Assembly: GCA_964016885.1 (NCBI GenBank)
Contig: OZ024740.1
Span: 42,966,001-43,030,000 of the forward strand
From: Eledone cirrhosa
Lineage: Eukaryota
DNA: 64,000 nucleotides
Direction: 5' to 3'
Shown here: one piece after another, positions 1-16,292 of the stretch
Layout of the letters: each line of letters opens with the position of its first letter
Position numbering within the stretch: the stretch's first letter is position 1
The notes under the pieces: model-generated
The model's input: only the letters and a program-made list of their open reading frames with translations
Told to the model about the DNA's origin: nothing
Databases searched by the model: none
Position numbers and translations under genes: made by a program

Positions 1-324
1 AAGTTTTTGAATTCCTTCAGTTGGTCGAGTGTGTGGGACTAAAGAATGAGACAATCATCCAAGTAGCGTTTCCAATTCTCTGATAAATATTTGTAGAAGT
101 TCAATCCGTATTTTGATTTGGACTGTTCATATATCTGGACTTCTAAGTATGCCATGACTAAGTTTTAAGTAAAAAGAAATTCAAACACTCATATATGAAA
201 AAACAACCTGTGACCCCCCCCCCCCCCCCCCCCCCTTGTCTGAAGAACTTTTATAACGCGAATTGGCGCGAAATTTATTATAATTATTGACCAACCAATC
301 AAATTACTTCTCGAAAAACCTGGC

Positions 325-518
325 ATTTCGAGCCACTTTTTCCATATAAAACAAGTAACATTCAGAGACCAACCAGATGTGAGAAAAACCACAGACCCTC
401 CATCTCAACTCTACTTTTGAAAAGCAGAAGAACTGCGAAACCGGTAAAGGAACCAAATAAATATATACATTTTTTTAAAAATAAGACTCTAGTTGCATTT
501 TCAATTTCATCTTTTTTT

Positions 519-520
<2 letters not shown>
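325..520. repeat. Dispersed unclassified repeat (other copies at ~6790-7030 + and ~8615-8790 -)
   Basis: The block ...accacagaccctccatctcaactctacttttgaaaagcagaagaactgcgaaaccggtaa... recurs directly at ~6850-6930 and as reverse complement at ~8725-8790. Confidence 0.75.
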
Positions 521-581
<61 letters not shown>

Positions 582-883
582 TGAAGAATAACACGGTCAA
601 CAGTACAAACAAGGAGATTTATTTACAGTCTAACAATTTTTTCCATGATAGAGTTGTCTAGAAATTGCTAAACACTGAAGACAGCATAACTCAATTTAAA
701 ATACATGCAACCTACATAATTTCATCAGAAACTGATAAGAAATACCAAATACATGCGTAACGGTAAACTTATAAATTCAAATTACTACATCAATAATAGT
801 ATTAATGAAAAAGAAATAAAGGGGGACAGATGGAAAGGAGAGGGAAAAAATATTTATATATATACATGTATACATATATATGT

Positions 884-1160
884 GGAGGCACGCGGCCTAG
901 TGGTAAGAGTGTTGGACTTACGATCATAATGTCATGAGTTCGATTCCTGGGTGTCGTGTTGTGTTCTTGAGCAAAACACTTCATTTCACGTTGCTCCAGT
1001 ATACTTTCAGGACATGAGTACCAGCATTAGCTGGAGGTTTAACCCTACGATGGACTGGCGTCCTGTTCAGGGGGGAGTCTTGTACTCTCAGTCGCTTCAC
1101 GCCATGAAACCGGGATAAGCACTTGCCAAATGAGCCTTCTGGCTTAAGACAGACTTTAGA
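884..1160 (+). mobile_element. tRNA-derived SINE (family 1)
   Basis: tRNA-like head with A box (GGCCTAGTGG) and B box (GAGTTCGATTCC), followed by the body cttgagcaaaacacttcatttcacgttgctccagt. Degenerate relatives lie at ~25420-25560 (+) and ~28000-28325 (-). Confidence 0.75.
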
Positions 1161-1199
1161 CCTTTTTTTATACATATACACACACACATATATATATAT

Positions 1200-1251
<52 letters not shown>

Positions 1252-1273
1252 ACATATATATATATACATCTAT

Positions 1274-1338
<65 letters not shown>

Positions 1339-1406
1339 CAAGGTTTAGCAAATAATGAAAAAGTTTCAAAATAAATTTAAAAAAATTAACTTTACTTACT
1401 ATAGTT

Positions 1407-1490
1407 ACCTTTACCGAATCGGTTTCGAATCTCAAAAATAAACGGAGACCATACGGCCTTCGTTGCAAAGAAAGATGCTCGTCAGAAGGT
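1407..1490 (-). ncRNA. Hammerhead ribozyme, inverted copy of family A
   Basis: Minus strand reads ACCTT-CTGACGA-GCATCT...AGATTC-GAAACCGATTCGGTA-AAGGT, with one stem II mismatch. Confidence 0.75.
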
Positions 1491-1889
1491 TCTTTTCATT
1501 CGAAGAATATAAAAAAATTTATTTTGAAACTTTTTCATTATTTGCTAAACCTTGATTATATATGTTCTGGCTCGTTAATTTATTAATCTGCCATTGAACC
1601 ACATTGACATATGGTTGGACAATACATGTGTCCCTTAGCGCCTTTTGCGTGTAGGAACACATATCCTATTATTACTATCCTCCTCTAAGTTGAGAAAAAA
1701 AATTTGGTCATTCCGACTACTGCTAGCGATAGTGGTGGCCGATTGACCTACCCCCCTCTGCCTCTATCTTTACTTTCGGCCCTTGAAAAAATTGATTCCA
1801 CTTCATTTACTCTCATCTCGGGAACAGTTTTGGATAGCGCTAGTTCGTAATTTAAATTCAAGAATTTTATATTCTTCGAATGAAAAGAT

Positions 1890-1970
1890 CCTTCTGACGA
1901 GAATCTTTCTTTGCAACGAAGGCCGTATGGTCTCCGTTTATTTTTGAGATTCGAAACCGATCGGTAAAGG
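1890..1970 (+). ncRNA. Type I hammerhead ribozyme (family A)
   Basis: CCTT-CTGACGA-GAATCTT...GAGATTC-GAA-ACCGATCGGT-A|AAGG: canonical core, palindromic loop-less stem III, GUA cleavage triplet after 1966. Confidence 0.85.
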
Positions 1971-2151
1971 TAACTATAGTAAGTAAAGATAATTTTTTAA
2001 AATTTATTTTGAAACTTTTTCATTATTTGTTAAACCTTGATTATATATGTTCTGGCTCGTTAATTTATTAACCTGCCATTGAACCACATTGGCATATGGT
2101 TGGACAATACATGTGTCCCTTAGCGCCTTGTGCGTGTAGGAACACATATCC

Positions 2152-2194
<43 letters not shown>

Positions 2195-2197
<3 letters not shown>

Positions 2198-2300
2198 ATA
2201 ATAATAAATTTGAAGACTAAAATCCAAAGAGGGCTCGATAAGGATAAATATATATATCAAATATATAAGAACCGTAGAGCAAATATTTTAATAAATATTT
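2195..2300 (-). mobile_element. Terminal fragment of the Penelope pLTR family also seen at 22550-22815 and 52385-52615
   Basis: Reverse complement of ~22720-22815; lies between (TA)n tracts. Confidence 0.7.
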
Positions 2301-2314
2301 TAATAAACATTTTA

Positions 2315-2360
<46 letters not shown>

Positions 2361-2417
2361 ACATATATATACATATACATATATACATATATATATATAT
2401 ACATATATAAACACACA

Positions 2418-2494
<77 letters not shown>

Positions 2495-3034
2495 ATGTCC
2501 TTAATATGATGATACAGGAAACATATCGGTCTAATGTCCGAAAATGTATATTTTTTTGTCGAAATTTAGCTCAAAATAGAATTGTGAAATGCGGAAAATA
2601 TTAAATCTAATAAGAGTAACATTTTTTTTTTTGTCTAAATTTAGAATTTTGAAGTACGTTCTGTACATTTTCTATAGTACTGTTCTGAGGTGTAATTATG
2701 AAAAAAATGTTTTATTTTTTAATATAACTATTACACATAAATACCTCAAATTCATGTCTTGCAAAATGTATGTAGATGTTTCTATATCCGGTTCGCAGCT
2801 GAGTTACGCTTTGTGTAATGAGAATATTATTGTTAGTCGTAATGTTCGCATAAAGGAAATTTAATATGAGAGCTAACTTTGCTAGTTTTAGGTATCTCAT
2901 TTTTTACTAATATTTCTGATTATTTAACATACCTGTTCACTAACGAAATTCATTAAAATGTAAAATGTAGTAAAGCGTCCTGCGCCTACACCTCTTATGA
3001 CGATATATATCTATATATCTATCTATATGTATAC

Positions 3035-3230
3035 CTTTATAAGAGGTTGTAGGAAGCTCGGGTGCAGAAAATAACTGCAAATACAGTCAGCTGCTATGAA
3101 AATAACTTATAAAATGGCAACATTTTCTTTGTTTCTATGGGTTTTACTACATTCTTATAAGCTATTTTCACAGCAACTGACTGTAATTGCAGTTATTTTC
3201 AACACCTCAGCATCTTACATCATTTTATAA
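3035..3230. repeat. Old foldback / MITE-like inverted repeat
   Basis: gaaaataactgcaaatacagtcagctgctatgaaaataacttataa is mirrored by ttataagctattttcacagcaactgactgtaattgcagttattttc. Confidence 0.65.
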
Positions 3231-3287
3231 GTTTATGAAATATATATAGTTCGAAACTCCGAAACTTCACACAAGACGTGTGTTTAA

Positions 3288-3351
<64 letters not shown>

Positions 3352-3369
3352 CGTGTGTGTGTATCTGTG

Positions 3370-3404
<35 letters not shown>

Positions 3405-3675
3405 CTGAAAAGTAAACAGAAATAACAAAGCAGACGACGCAGTACATTAAAGAAATATATTCGTTTAACGCTTGACATAGCAGGAAATGTCTGTGTGGTC
3501 TGTGTTTGTACGTACGAGCGTGCGTTTTTCTGTGTGTCTGTGTGTGCGTGTTTCTATTTATATATCGGCACAGCATATAATATTCTTTAAAAATGAAATT
3601 TGCATCTATTTCAAATTAGTGGCTTATATTTACGAGTATATAAGTATTTCACATTCTAAGTATGCTTGCAAAAGA

Positions 3676-4025
3676 ATGCAGTATCGGTAGAAGATCAGAC
3701 ACCATGCATTCCAGCATAGTTACATCCCTTTACGGTCTGAGTTCAAATCCCGTCGAGGTCAACTTTGCCTTTCATCCTTACGGGGTCGATAAAATAAAGT
3801 ACCAGTAATGTACTAGGTGATTGCTGGCCTTGTGCCAAAAGTAGAAACAATTATAAATAAGATGTACACAGTGTTTTACGTTCTGAATTTAAAACCCCGA
3901 AGGGGTAACTTTGCCTTTAATTCTTACGGGATCAATAAAATAAAGTAGCAGTAATGCACTGGCACTGATTTAATCGAATTTCCCCTTCCCTCCCAATTGG
4001 TGATCTTGTGGGAAAAGTAGAAACA
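3676..4025 (+). mobile_element. Two tRNA-derived SINE copies (family 2)
   Basis: gcagtatcggtag...gagttcaaatcccgtcgaggtcaactttgcctttcatccttacggggtcgataaaataaagtaccag...ttgtgccaaaagtagaaacaatt; more than 12 copies occur in the window. Confidence 0.85.
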
Positions 4026-4145
4026 TCTTTTATTAAATTACCTCTCTCTATTGATCTGATCTCTACACTCAATGCAATGACTGGTGCTTATATAGACACA
4101 CGCACATACGCATACATACACACAATACACGAACAAGCACACAAA

Positions 4146-4247
<102 letters not shown>

Positions 4248-4292
4248 TGTATATACCTGTCGCTAACTTTGTAAAAGTTGTTCTATAATATG

Positions 4293-4364
<72 letters not shown>

Positions 4365-6424
4365 ATCCAAATAACTGGCTGCTATGTTATCCATATCCGA
4401 TTACCTATAACAATTATATCTCTTATCCTGCCATGTCAGATATCCACCCCAATTTCAATACCACATCTCATGAAATCAATAGAGTTGACCATGCAGCTGG
4501 CGATACAATTTCAAGTGTCTGACTCTATTACAAGACTGCATGGACAAAATTATTTCAAGCGTAATGTTAGAATCAGAATTATATAGACTACGTAACTACG
4601 AACGAAATCAAATCGACTATTTCATGTTTCTTTACCGTAAATTTTAAATCATGCTATTGTCTGCTTATCTTCCATATAGGCTTTACATTTCAATATAATA
4701 AATGATGTTGCGAAATTAATTAGAAAAATCGGAGAATAACGTAAATCACTTTTAAACTTTTCCGGGATTCACTAATGCAAAGGAGTTTAAATACTAGCTT
4801 AATGCATGGCACTCAGATTTTTTGGTGGGTGAGAAGGTATTTAGCATTTATATAGCAGGGATATTTTTATAATTGTGTTGGCCCTTTATTCAGAGAGATG
4901 AAAGTAAGAAGCTACTATAAACATATAATTGAAAGTTTAATATGACATTGAAATATATTCTTCACGTTATATCACGACTTAATTATTTGTTCTTTATTCA
5001 GAGTAACTCATAACAAGCAATGGAATAAATTAAAGTTTATTGTATCCTTTGTTGAAATGCTCGTTACCGACAAAGAAGGCAATTATTGGTTTCACTGTGC
5101 GACTCATTACATAATTTGAAGAGAAAACAATAAAAACGCAATTTATTCTTAATGACTTTCATTGATAGAGACTGCACATTTGCATTTATCACACACAATC
5201 CATTAACATGATAATGGCAAGCTAGTGCAAGTGCTGCCAGTGTTTTCCATGTGTAAAGTAGATTTAACTTCAACTCTTGTCATGTTTGTAGATTCCTATT
5301 GAAAGTTTCTAACATAATCAGAGTTAGACGAATTTTCTCAACGAAAATATATCTAAAGGATTTAATGCATACCCATGGAAACGACAGAAAAGCTGCATAA
5401 ATAAATATAATAGAACGGAACTTATGTTAATAAAAGTCAACAGCAAATAATAATCTTTAATAAAATTGGATGAGTCATCTTCTGTTACATAATAAATAAA
5501 GTATTTTAAATGGATTATTTCCATTTGGATATTTTCAAATAAAAAGGAGGAAATATGATACATTTTGAGATGAAAAATATATAAAACCTTTTTTTGAAAG
5601 TAGGTTTCTGTAGGTTGTATAAAAATATGTCATGAAAAAACTCATAAAACAAAACACAGCCTCTATCGTGTCTGACCAGAATCTTATTCATAAAACGGCA
5701 GAACGGTAACACTCCCCAATACGAAATAACTTACAAACACAACACCGATTATTACTGCGAGGTAATGTGAAAATGTCAATGTAATCATGAAGTTTGTAAG
5801 ATTCATGACTCAAATTACTACGTTGGACAAACAACTAAGACACTCGCTTATCGGTCGGACAGCTATTTATAACAAGGGGAAAACACAACACATTGCAATA
5901 CAGTGCGTACAACAAATTTAGAAAAATACTAGATGATAATAACTCAAATGTATAAAAAAAGACTCCCATGTAGTGAGGAGCGTAATTATAGAAGTTAATA
6001 ATTTTTGAAAAATGCAAACCAAAAGCCAACTTACAAACGCAGCATACGTAAAAGTTTAAAAGAAATCCACCGGAACTTAAGAATAGAATAATATTTTAAA
6101 ATCTGGCATTGAAGATTTTACAAGTATTGCTACTATGCACACACACAGACATGAAAAAAAAAAAATACTACCATCAGTCATATTCTAAAGAAAGAGCTAT
6201 GAAGGTCTCGAAATGTCAAGAGACTCGTGGATTTCAGAACGCTATAGCATCAAATCAAACATAAAATAATAAGAAGGAAATATGAAAAATACTTGATAAA
6301 AAGAATGAAATGCAAATACGGTCGCGTTTTGAACAGGTTTAAAGGGAAAGCTATTACCTTTTTACGCACACACACACACATACACACACACACACAGAGA
6401 CAGACACACAGACACAGACACACA

Positions 6425-6468
<44 letters not shown>

Positions 6469-7034
6469 TATATATATGTACGTGCATACACGGAAAAAAA
6501 TGAAATCCTTGTGACGAATGAACAAAATCTTCCGTATCATCCACGATTCGGACAATGCAATTTCCTGAATAATTGTGGCAATGTTTAATATTGAGTCCAG
6601 GCGACAGGACGGCTTATATCAAGCCACCAGCAAGATGCATAAGAGAACACACAAGAACATAGAGACATGGAAAAATAAATGATTTTCTTTCGACTAAAAC
6701 AACAAAGCGCGTATGTAAACAAAAAATAATAGACCTACAAATGTTATCAGGATATGGGGCAATATATATATATATATACATATATATAGCATTTCGAGCC
6801 ACATTTTTACATATAAAACAGAAGTAACATTCGAACACCAACCAGATGCGAGAAAAACCCCAAAACCTCCATCTCAATTCTACTTTTGAAAAGCACAAGA
6901 ATTGCGAAACCGGTAATGGAACCAAATAAATATTTTAAAAAAGACTCCAGTTGCATTTTCGATTTCATCTTTTTTTCCTTATACTTTCCACTCGTGTAGG
7001 ACATCTTGTTTTTTTCATTTTGTAAAAAAATCTA

Positions 7035-7099
<65 letters not shown>

Positions 7100-7101
<2 letters not shown>

Positions 7102-7330
7102 ATAAACAACATAAGACAACTATTCCATTTACCAAGGGTTTCACGAAGACAGACAAGTTTACATTTTCATTCTGATGAGCGATTTCAGACGTCTCTGTTG
7201 GGCTCGTCTGTCTTCGTGAAACCTTTGGTAAATGGAATAATTGTCTTATATTGTTTGTTACATAATTAAATAGCTCTGTAGCATACATAGAGCACTCTCC
7301 TTTCATTTATCCTTCCTACGGAAATACTTC
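7100..7330 (+). mobile_element. Non-autonomous Penelope-type pLTR remnant B with inverted 5' segment
   Basis: 7100-7155 is the reverse complement of ~7206-7260; flanked by microsatellites; contains an HHR. Confidence 0.75.
7165..7237 (+). ncRNA. Type I hammerhead ribozyme (family B)
   Basis: TTTCATT-CTGATGA-GCGA...TCGT-GAA-ACC TTT GGT-A|AATGGAA; all three stems form; GUA triplet. Confidence 0.8.
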
Positions 7331-7349
7331 ATATATATACATATATATA

Positions 7350-7988
7350 CTAGCTAAAGTAACCGTCCTCTGAGCGATTCAAGTAGCTTTCGATGTAGCT
7401 CATTAAACTAAACAAAGTAAATTTGAATACATAGAAGAAAAACGTACTTTATGTAAACATGAAAACTATAGGCACTATTCCAGCGAAATAATTAATATGT
7501 GAGCTCGGTCTCATCCGTTATCCCATGTAACAACAGAAATCCAGTCTAGGTATAAATTTTGTTGACAACAATAAAACCTTTTGTTTCAAGTACAAAGAGT
7601 AAAGTAAAATCCGAATGAGCCGAATTGTAATAATCAAAATTCCAAAATAAAATGTTTGACAACATCAAAAATGAGATCCTATTGTATTGACGAAAGATAA
7701 CTCTTGTCTTACTTAATCACGAAATATTGACGAAAGATAACTCTTGTCTTACTTAATCACGAACATTGACTCAAATAACCGAAACTTTTTTAATGTCTCC
7801 AAAGGTCCCAATATCGATTATTGAAAGCCTTTTTAGATCATGTACAGGTTTTGTGCAAGGAGAAGCTTTATAAAAAATGTCAAAGAAATCGCATGAATGG
7901 TTTACACTATATGAGCCCTCATTAAAAATTGTCCACACATATACACACACACACACAGAAAACTTTGTCTTTATATATTATCTCTAGA
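7350..7988 (-). mobile_element. Non-autonomous Helitron (candidate)
   Basis: Minus strand ends ...CTAG|T with a degenerate subterminal hairpin and begins TCTAG..ATATATAAAG followed by (TG)n. Internal 40-bp duplication at ~7686-7770. Confidence 0.5.
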
Positions 7989-8029
7989 CCTAGCTATTGA
8001 CCAGTTAATTTTATTGATCATTTTTTGTC

Positions 8030-8590
8030 GATTCTATTGACTGATGAATAGCTCGTTTATTTTAACATGTCTATTGAGCACTCTGATTCGATATGTGATA
8101 TTTTGTATTCCTACATGATTTCCACATTACCGAAAATTTTTTCGCTAATATAGAGGTTATCTCCCTTGCTGGGCACCATGTGCGTGTCTGGCTAAAGGTC
8201 ACTTCTTTATTATCGGACGGAACCCGTTGATAAAGCTCTTCCGGTCCACTCCTTCTCTAGAAGTCTTATATATTTTTATTTGGGCTGATAGTGAACGGAT
8301 TAAGGAATTGCAGAAACCCAATAAGCTAGATTTAACACCCTTCTAGCGGGTCCGGGTAAGTTTTTTATATTCATTTAAATTATTGATTTATTGATATTTT
8401 ATTTGAGTGACCCGAATCTTCCTGGTCGTTCTTTTTCGGCTGCACGGGTGATTTTAGGCATAATCTTTATGTGTTGGTAATTTAACGATAGTTATAGCTC
8501 TGATTTATCCAAATTATTGAGCCCTCTGCCACTCATATCGGATATTGTTTATCGTTAATTCGTGAGCTGATTTTCCGATACTCGATTATT
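8030..8590 (-). pseudogene. Highly degenerate Penelope-like RT fragment (tentative)
   Basis: Minus-strand translation contains KIYK...FRPII, resembling PLE RT motifs 1-2; many stops. Confidence 0.3.
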
Positions 8591-9239
8591 CTATTATATA
8601 CAGATATATATAAGAAAATGAGTTTTTTTTTTATGAAAAAAAAAACGATATGTCCTACACGAGTGAAAGTATAAGGAAAAAAGATGAAATAAATATTCTT
8701 TTTAAGAATATTTATTTGCTTGCTTTACCGGTTTCACAGTTCTTATGCTTTTCAAAAGAAGAATTGAGATGGAGGGTCTGTGGTTTCTCTGTGCGTGTGT
8801 ATATGTGTGTTTGCCTGTGTCTATATATAGGTGTATATAAGTCATATATGATTATGTATGTACGTATCATTCTCAGCTGTGTGATCAGCGGCAATCCCCG
8901 ACACTCAGTGTAGCAACTGAGAGTTATTTCTGCAATATAATACATATATAAGATCTCATATTTACTATTGATTACTTTTCGGCGTGTGTTTGCGTGTGAG
9001 ATTTGTGTACAAATTCAGGCAAGCGCGTCTGTAATTGAATGTATTCGTAATTTCCTTATAATATATAACCAGCAATTTCTCTGTCTGTCTGTCCGACGCG
9101 TAGAGAGAGAGTGAGAGTGAAAGAAAGAGACAGACTACAAGAGGGGGATAGCGGGAGGAAGAGAGAGAGAAGCTGGAAGAGGGGAAGGAAAGCTATGTCT
9201 TGCTGTCTGCATTACGATACATATATATATACACACACA

Positions 9240-9536
9240 CACTGAGCGCGTCATAATGACGTAATGCAGACAGCCAGACATACAGACAGATATTATAAGG
9301 GCGCAACGTTATATCTATGTATCTATCTAAAAAGAAAGACTAAGAATTATATAGAGAGAACGCTAAATCGCCTAATGCAGTCCCTAGGGCAGTGAAAATT
9401 TGAAATAATATTTGCTGAAAACACTCACAGGACCATAAGTATTACATATCTAAAGTTTGAAAACAATCGGTTGGATGGTTCTCAAGTTTTAGTGAGCTGA
9501 CAGACAGACAGACATTCTCTGTTTTAGATATATAGA
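9240..9536 (-). mobile_element. Non-autonomous Helitron, 5' part
   Basis: Minus strand starts TCTATATATCTAAAA..(TGTC)n; diverged inverted homologue of 9574-9865. Confidence 0.65.
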
Positions 9537-9573
9537 CTAGCAGAAAACCGCCCACGGTGTGGTTTTCTGCTAG

Positions 9574-11279
<1,706 letters not shown>

Positions 11280-11289
11280 AACAAGTAAG

Positions 11290-11383
11290 ACCCCGACGGC
11301 TGAGCTCAAGCCGTTTCGACGGCTAATTCTGTACTGAATGAAAATTTATTCTGGTATTTAAATAGCCGAACTTATCAAGGGGT
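11290..11383 (-). ncRNA. Hammerhead ribozyme family C, inverted copy
   Basis: Reverse complement of 13281-13374, including the TTGATAA core. Confidence 0.8.
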
Positions 11384-13280
11384 AATTCCATATATGGTCA
11401 AAGAGATAATCACCAGGATTAGTCACATCACAAGTTAATAGTAAATCTGTGATGGCAAGTTGGTGGGGGAAGGGGTAGCTAAACCTGCCGGTAGGAGAAA
11501 AAGGGAGAGGGGATGGAGTAGACCCATTCATGCGTTGGTAGTGCCAGCTACAGCTGGGTGTGAGGTCAAAGAGGATACTGGGGAGGGGGACGGGGAGGAG
11601 GTCGAAACTGTAAGTAGAACAATGAAAGGTAAAACTATAAAACGTACTGGGAGAGAAAAAAAAAAAAAAAGCAAAATCTGGTTACTTAGACTTAAGTCCC
11701 TCGCTATTGCTAGGCTAAAGAAATACATAAATAAATAAATAAACAAATAAGTGAATAAGAGAATAGATAAATATATATAAAAAAAAAAAAATATATATAT
11801 ATAATGTAGAATAAAAAAATAAATAATAATAATAAAAATAAACTAGGTGGGGCGGAAATAAAGGGACCCTTATACGCGGTAAAAGTGCGTGTATCGTACG
11901 GTGACGGGTCAACAAAGGGGGGGGGGGCCGAATACTAAAGAGACTACCACGAAAATAATAAAGGTTTCTACCCCAAACACAGGGCCAGCAACCACCCAGT
12001 GCAAGAAAGTAAACTAGTACGAGAATATAATTCAGGGTCCTGCAAAAAAATACTAGTGCTAACTCTAAGGGTACCGCCACGAAACAAAAGTCTTATACGA
12101 GCTACATGAAATATCGTACGAAGTAAAAGTAAAGAACGGAAAATTAATACAGGAACACCCCCCCCCTCCCCCCAAAAAAGAGAAAAAGAAAAAAGAGATA
12201 CTGGATAAACGCTTCCTCTATATTTCCTCCTTCCCCCATCCCTCCCTAGTCCTTCTACTCCAGTTCCCTTTCTTTGTCGTCGTCTTTTTCTCGCCCACCC
12301 GAGGTAGCCCATCGGTCCCTTATAGCTTCAGCACCCCCACCCCCTCCCCTATTCTATGATAGATTTGGCTGACTCCGCTTTTTATAGCAGAGGTGTTAGA
12401 CTTCGGATACTCGCCCCCTTCTCCGACCGCTGTCCCTTTTTTCCGTGCCTTCTATATTTCTTAGTGGCATCTTTGCTTTAATATTCGTTTATCCAGTATC
12501 TCTTTTTTCTTTTTCCCTTTTTTTTTGGGGGGGGGGGGGGTGTTCCTGTATTAATTTTCCGTTCTTTACTTTTACTTCGTACGATCTTTCATGTAGCTCG
12601 TATAAGACTTTTGTTTCGTGGCGGTATCCTTAGAGTTAGCACTAGTATTTTTTTGCGGGACCCTGAATTATATTCTCGTACTAGTTTACTTTCTTGCACT
12701 GGGTGGTTGCTGGCCCTGTGTTTGGGGTAGAAACCTTTATTATTTTCGTGGTAGTCTCTTTAGTATTCGGGACCCCTCTTTGTTGACCCGTCACCGTACG
12801 ATACACGCACTTTTACCTCGTATAAGGGTCCCTTTATTTCCGTCCCACCTAGTTTATTTTTATTATTATTATTTATTTTTTTATTCTACATTATATATAT
12901 ATATATTTTTTTTTTAAATTTATTTATCTATTCTTTTATTCACTTATTTGTTTATTTATTTATTTATGTATTTCTTTAGCCTAGCAATAGCGAGAGACTT
13001 AAGTCTTAGTAACCAGATTTGGCTTATTTTTTTTTTTCTCTCTCAGTACCTTTTATAGTTTTACCTTTCATTGTTCTACTTACCGTATCGACCTCCTCCC
13101 CAGTATCCTCTTTGACCTCACACTACCAACGCATGAATGGGTCTACTCCATCCCCTCTCCCTTTTTCTGCTACCGGCAGGTTTAGCTACCCCTTCCCCCA
13201 CCAACTTGCCATCACAGATTTACTACTAACTTGTGATGTGACCAATCCTGGTGATTATCTCTTTGATCATATATGGAATT

Positions 13281-13374
13281 ACCCCTTGATAAGTTCGGCT
13301 ATTTAAATACCAGAATAAATTTTCATTCAGTACAGAATTAGCCGTCGAAACGGCTTGAGCTCAGCCGTCGGGGT
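13281..13374 (+). ncRNA. Type I hammerhead ribozyme with U3-A8 core (family C)
   Basis: ACCCC-TTGATAA-G(TT)CGGCTA...TAGCCG(T)C-GAA-ACGGCT tgagctc AGCCGT-C|GGGGT, with a distal GGAA/TTCC extension of stem I. Confidence 0.8.
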
Positions 13375-14026
13375 CTTACTTGTTCCTATTACCCACTCTA
13401 CTACACTAAGTATTGAGTACTTTGGTGTGTTATGGTCCACCTGGTTCCTTACCACATTTCCTTCGTTACATATGTATATATCTATATACACACATAGTTA
13501 TGTGTTTATATATATGTGCATATATAAATATATATAGATATATTTATAAAGCAAGGGTATGAGGTCGGTATAAATATATGTATACTTATGTATATACAAA
13601 TATATGAATACATATGCGCGGAGTATACATATACATGTATTTGTAAGTGTATATGTGTGGAGGGGTGACTGTGTGTATGTGTGTGGAGGGGTGACCGTGA
13701 TTGTTTGGCCTCGACGGTCTCCAGATGTAACTATTATTGATCTTGATGGTGTATCATGGCGCTACATCTGAAAACAAAACCTTCTATTAGTATTATTTAA
13801 GATATCTTGCTATAAATATAACCAAAATATAATAAAGCTCAGTGCATTGATTATTATAATTAATATATGTTATATCTTTCTAAATGCAATACATTTGCCC
13901 TCGAGATTTTATGTCTGTCTCTCATTTCACACACGCACACACAGAGTCACACATACAGTCACACATACAGTCACACACACATGCACACACACAGACACCC
14001 ACCCACACACTCATACTTATATATAT

Positions 14027-14117
<91 letters not shown>

Positions 14118-14118
14118 T

Positions 14119-14172
<54 letters not shown>

Positions 14173-14346
14173 GTCCGATGAAAAGCAGTCCCAAGTAGTC
14201 CATTATAGAAGTGCATGGCTACCACATAGGCATGTCTCGAAACCTACCGTAGCTATTAACTGCGTTGAGCAGATAATAATAATAATATAGTTAGTTTTTG
14301 AATTTGTTTTCAAGATTTCTTATCTGAAAACGTGTGTTAAAACAGA

Positions 14347-14719
14347 TATTGTTATACTTTGGGAGGGTTATGCTGCCAATAAAAACACACGCACGCTTCA
14401 ACAACCGTATGGTTGTCGATATATTGTCAAAGTTCTTTCGTCACATATTCTATGACCTCCTCAGTGACTGGTTTCTTATCTTATCGCTCTCCTTTGTTCT
14501 GTCAAACACACAAAAACAAGATGGTGTCGGACAGAACGCAGAAGGGACACAAAATGAGAAACCAGTCACTGAAGAGGTGATAGAATATGGTCAAAGGGTT
14601 TTAACAATATATAAACAACTATCCGATTATTGAACCAAACAACTGGAAATTTACCATAAATTGAACTGAAAACAACAGGAGCGTGTGTTTTTATTACCAG
14701 GTGGGCCCTCACAAAGTGT

Positions 14720-14727
<8 letters not shown>
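14347..14727. repeat. Old diverged foldback element
   Basis: catattctatgacctcctcagtgactggtttct is mirrored by agaaaccagtcactgaagaggtgatagaatatg; the outer arms also pair (aataaaaacacacgc / gcgtgtgtttttatt). Confidence 0.7.
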
Positions 14728-14813
<86 letters not shown>

Positions 14814-14876
14814 TTTATCCCGGGTTCAGTCGGAGGTAACCACAGTAGGTAAGGTACTCAATACATAGCAGAGTAT

Positions 14877-15235
<359 letters not shown>

Positions 15236-15355
15236 TTGAGATGAAATGAAAACGAAATTTCATTTCTCACTCTTAGTACGGCACTTACTTAAATGTAAGT
15301 ATATGTGTATACGTACATACATATATGTATACAGACGTACAGTAGCATGCATATA

Positions 15356-15607
<252 letters not shown>

Positions 15608-15758
15608 CAGTTACACATACATATATGCACGTATCAGTTTAGCGGACGCTTATTATAACGCCCCTTTGTTCGTTTGTAAACAAACTGAACAGCCCGAATT
15701 TTATGCCGTACGGTGTTAAGGCAACCACGTCACCTTTTTGTTCAACACTGACACAGGA

Positions 15759-15801
15759 ACGATGCACTAGTTTCAAGCTTGTTAGCTATCATCATGACGG
15801 T
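15759..15801 (-). ncRNA. Hammerhead family E, probably inactive copy
   Basis: Core reads ATGATGA and the triplet reads GTG. Confidence 0.6.
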
Positions 15802-16037
15802 ATACCCTTCTGCCAGATAGTTGAACGTTCGAAAGTATATAATTTCCTTATGAAAATTAACGGCTGAGCAGCCTAATTTGCATATCGAGTGAGTTAAGTC
15901 GGTCAGGCATACCTAAAACGATAAGTTGAGATAAAATGAAAACGAAATTTCATTTCTCACTCTTAGTACGGCACTTACTTAAATGTAAGTATATGTGTAT
16001 ACGTACATACATATATGTATACAGACGTACAGTAGCA

Positions 16038-16099
<62 letters not shown>

Positions 16100-16249
16100 C
16101 AGGTACACATACATATATGCACGTATCAGTTTAGCGGACGCATATTATAACGCCCCTTTGTTCGTTTGTAAACAAACTGAACAGCGCGAATTTTATGCCG
16201 TACGGTGTTGAGGCAACCACGTCATTTTTTGTTCAACACTGACACAGGA

Positions 16250-16292
16250 ACGATGTACTAGTTTCAAGCTTGTTAGCTATCATCAGGACCGT
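16250..16292 (-). ncRNA. Hammerhead family E (core intact, first stem I pair mismatched)
   Basis: ACGGTC-CTGATGA...GAAACTAGTA-CATCGT. Confidence 0.7.

Larger units (their letters stand above)
1335..2155 (+). mobile_element. Non-autonomous Penelope-type/retrozyme unit A (485-bp period, 5' inverted segment)
   Basis: 1515-1670 is repeated at 2000-2155 (period 485). 1335-1514 is the reverse complement of ~1865-2045. Both ends abut (TA)n and the unit contains an HHR. Confidence 0.8.

Noticed and set aside
14172-14255. Possible hammerhead (ccgatga...tctcgaaacctaccgta)
   Set aside because: The core is mutated and stems I-III cannot be paired convincingly.
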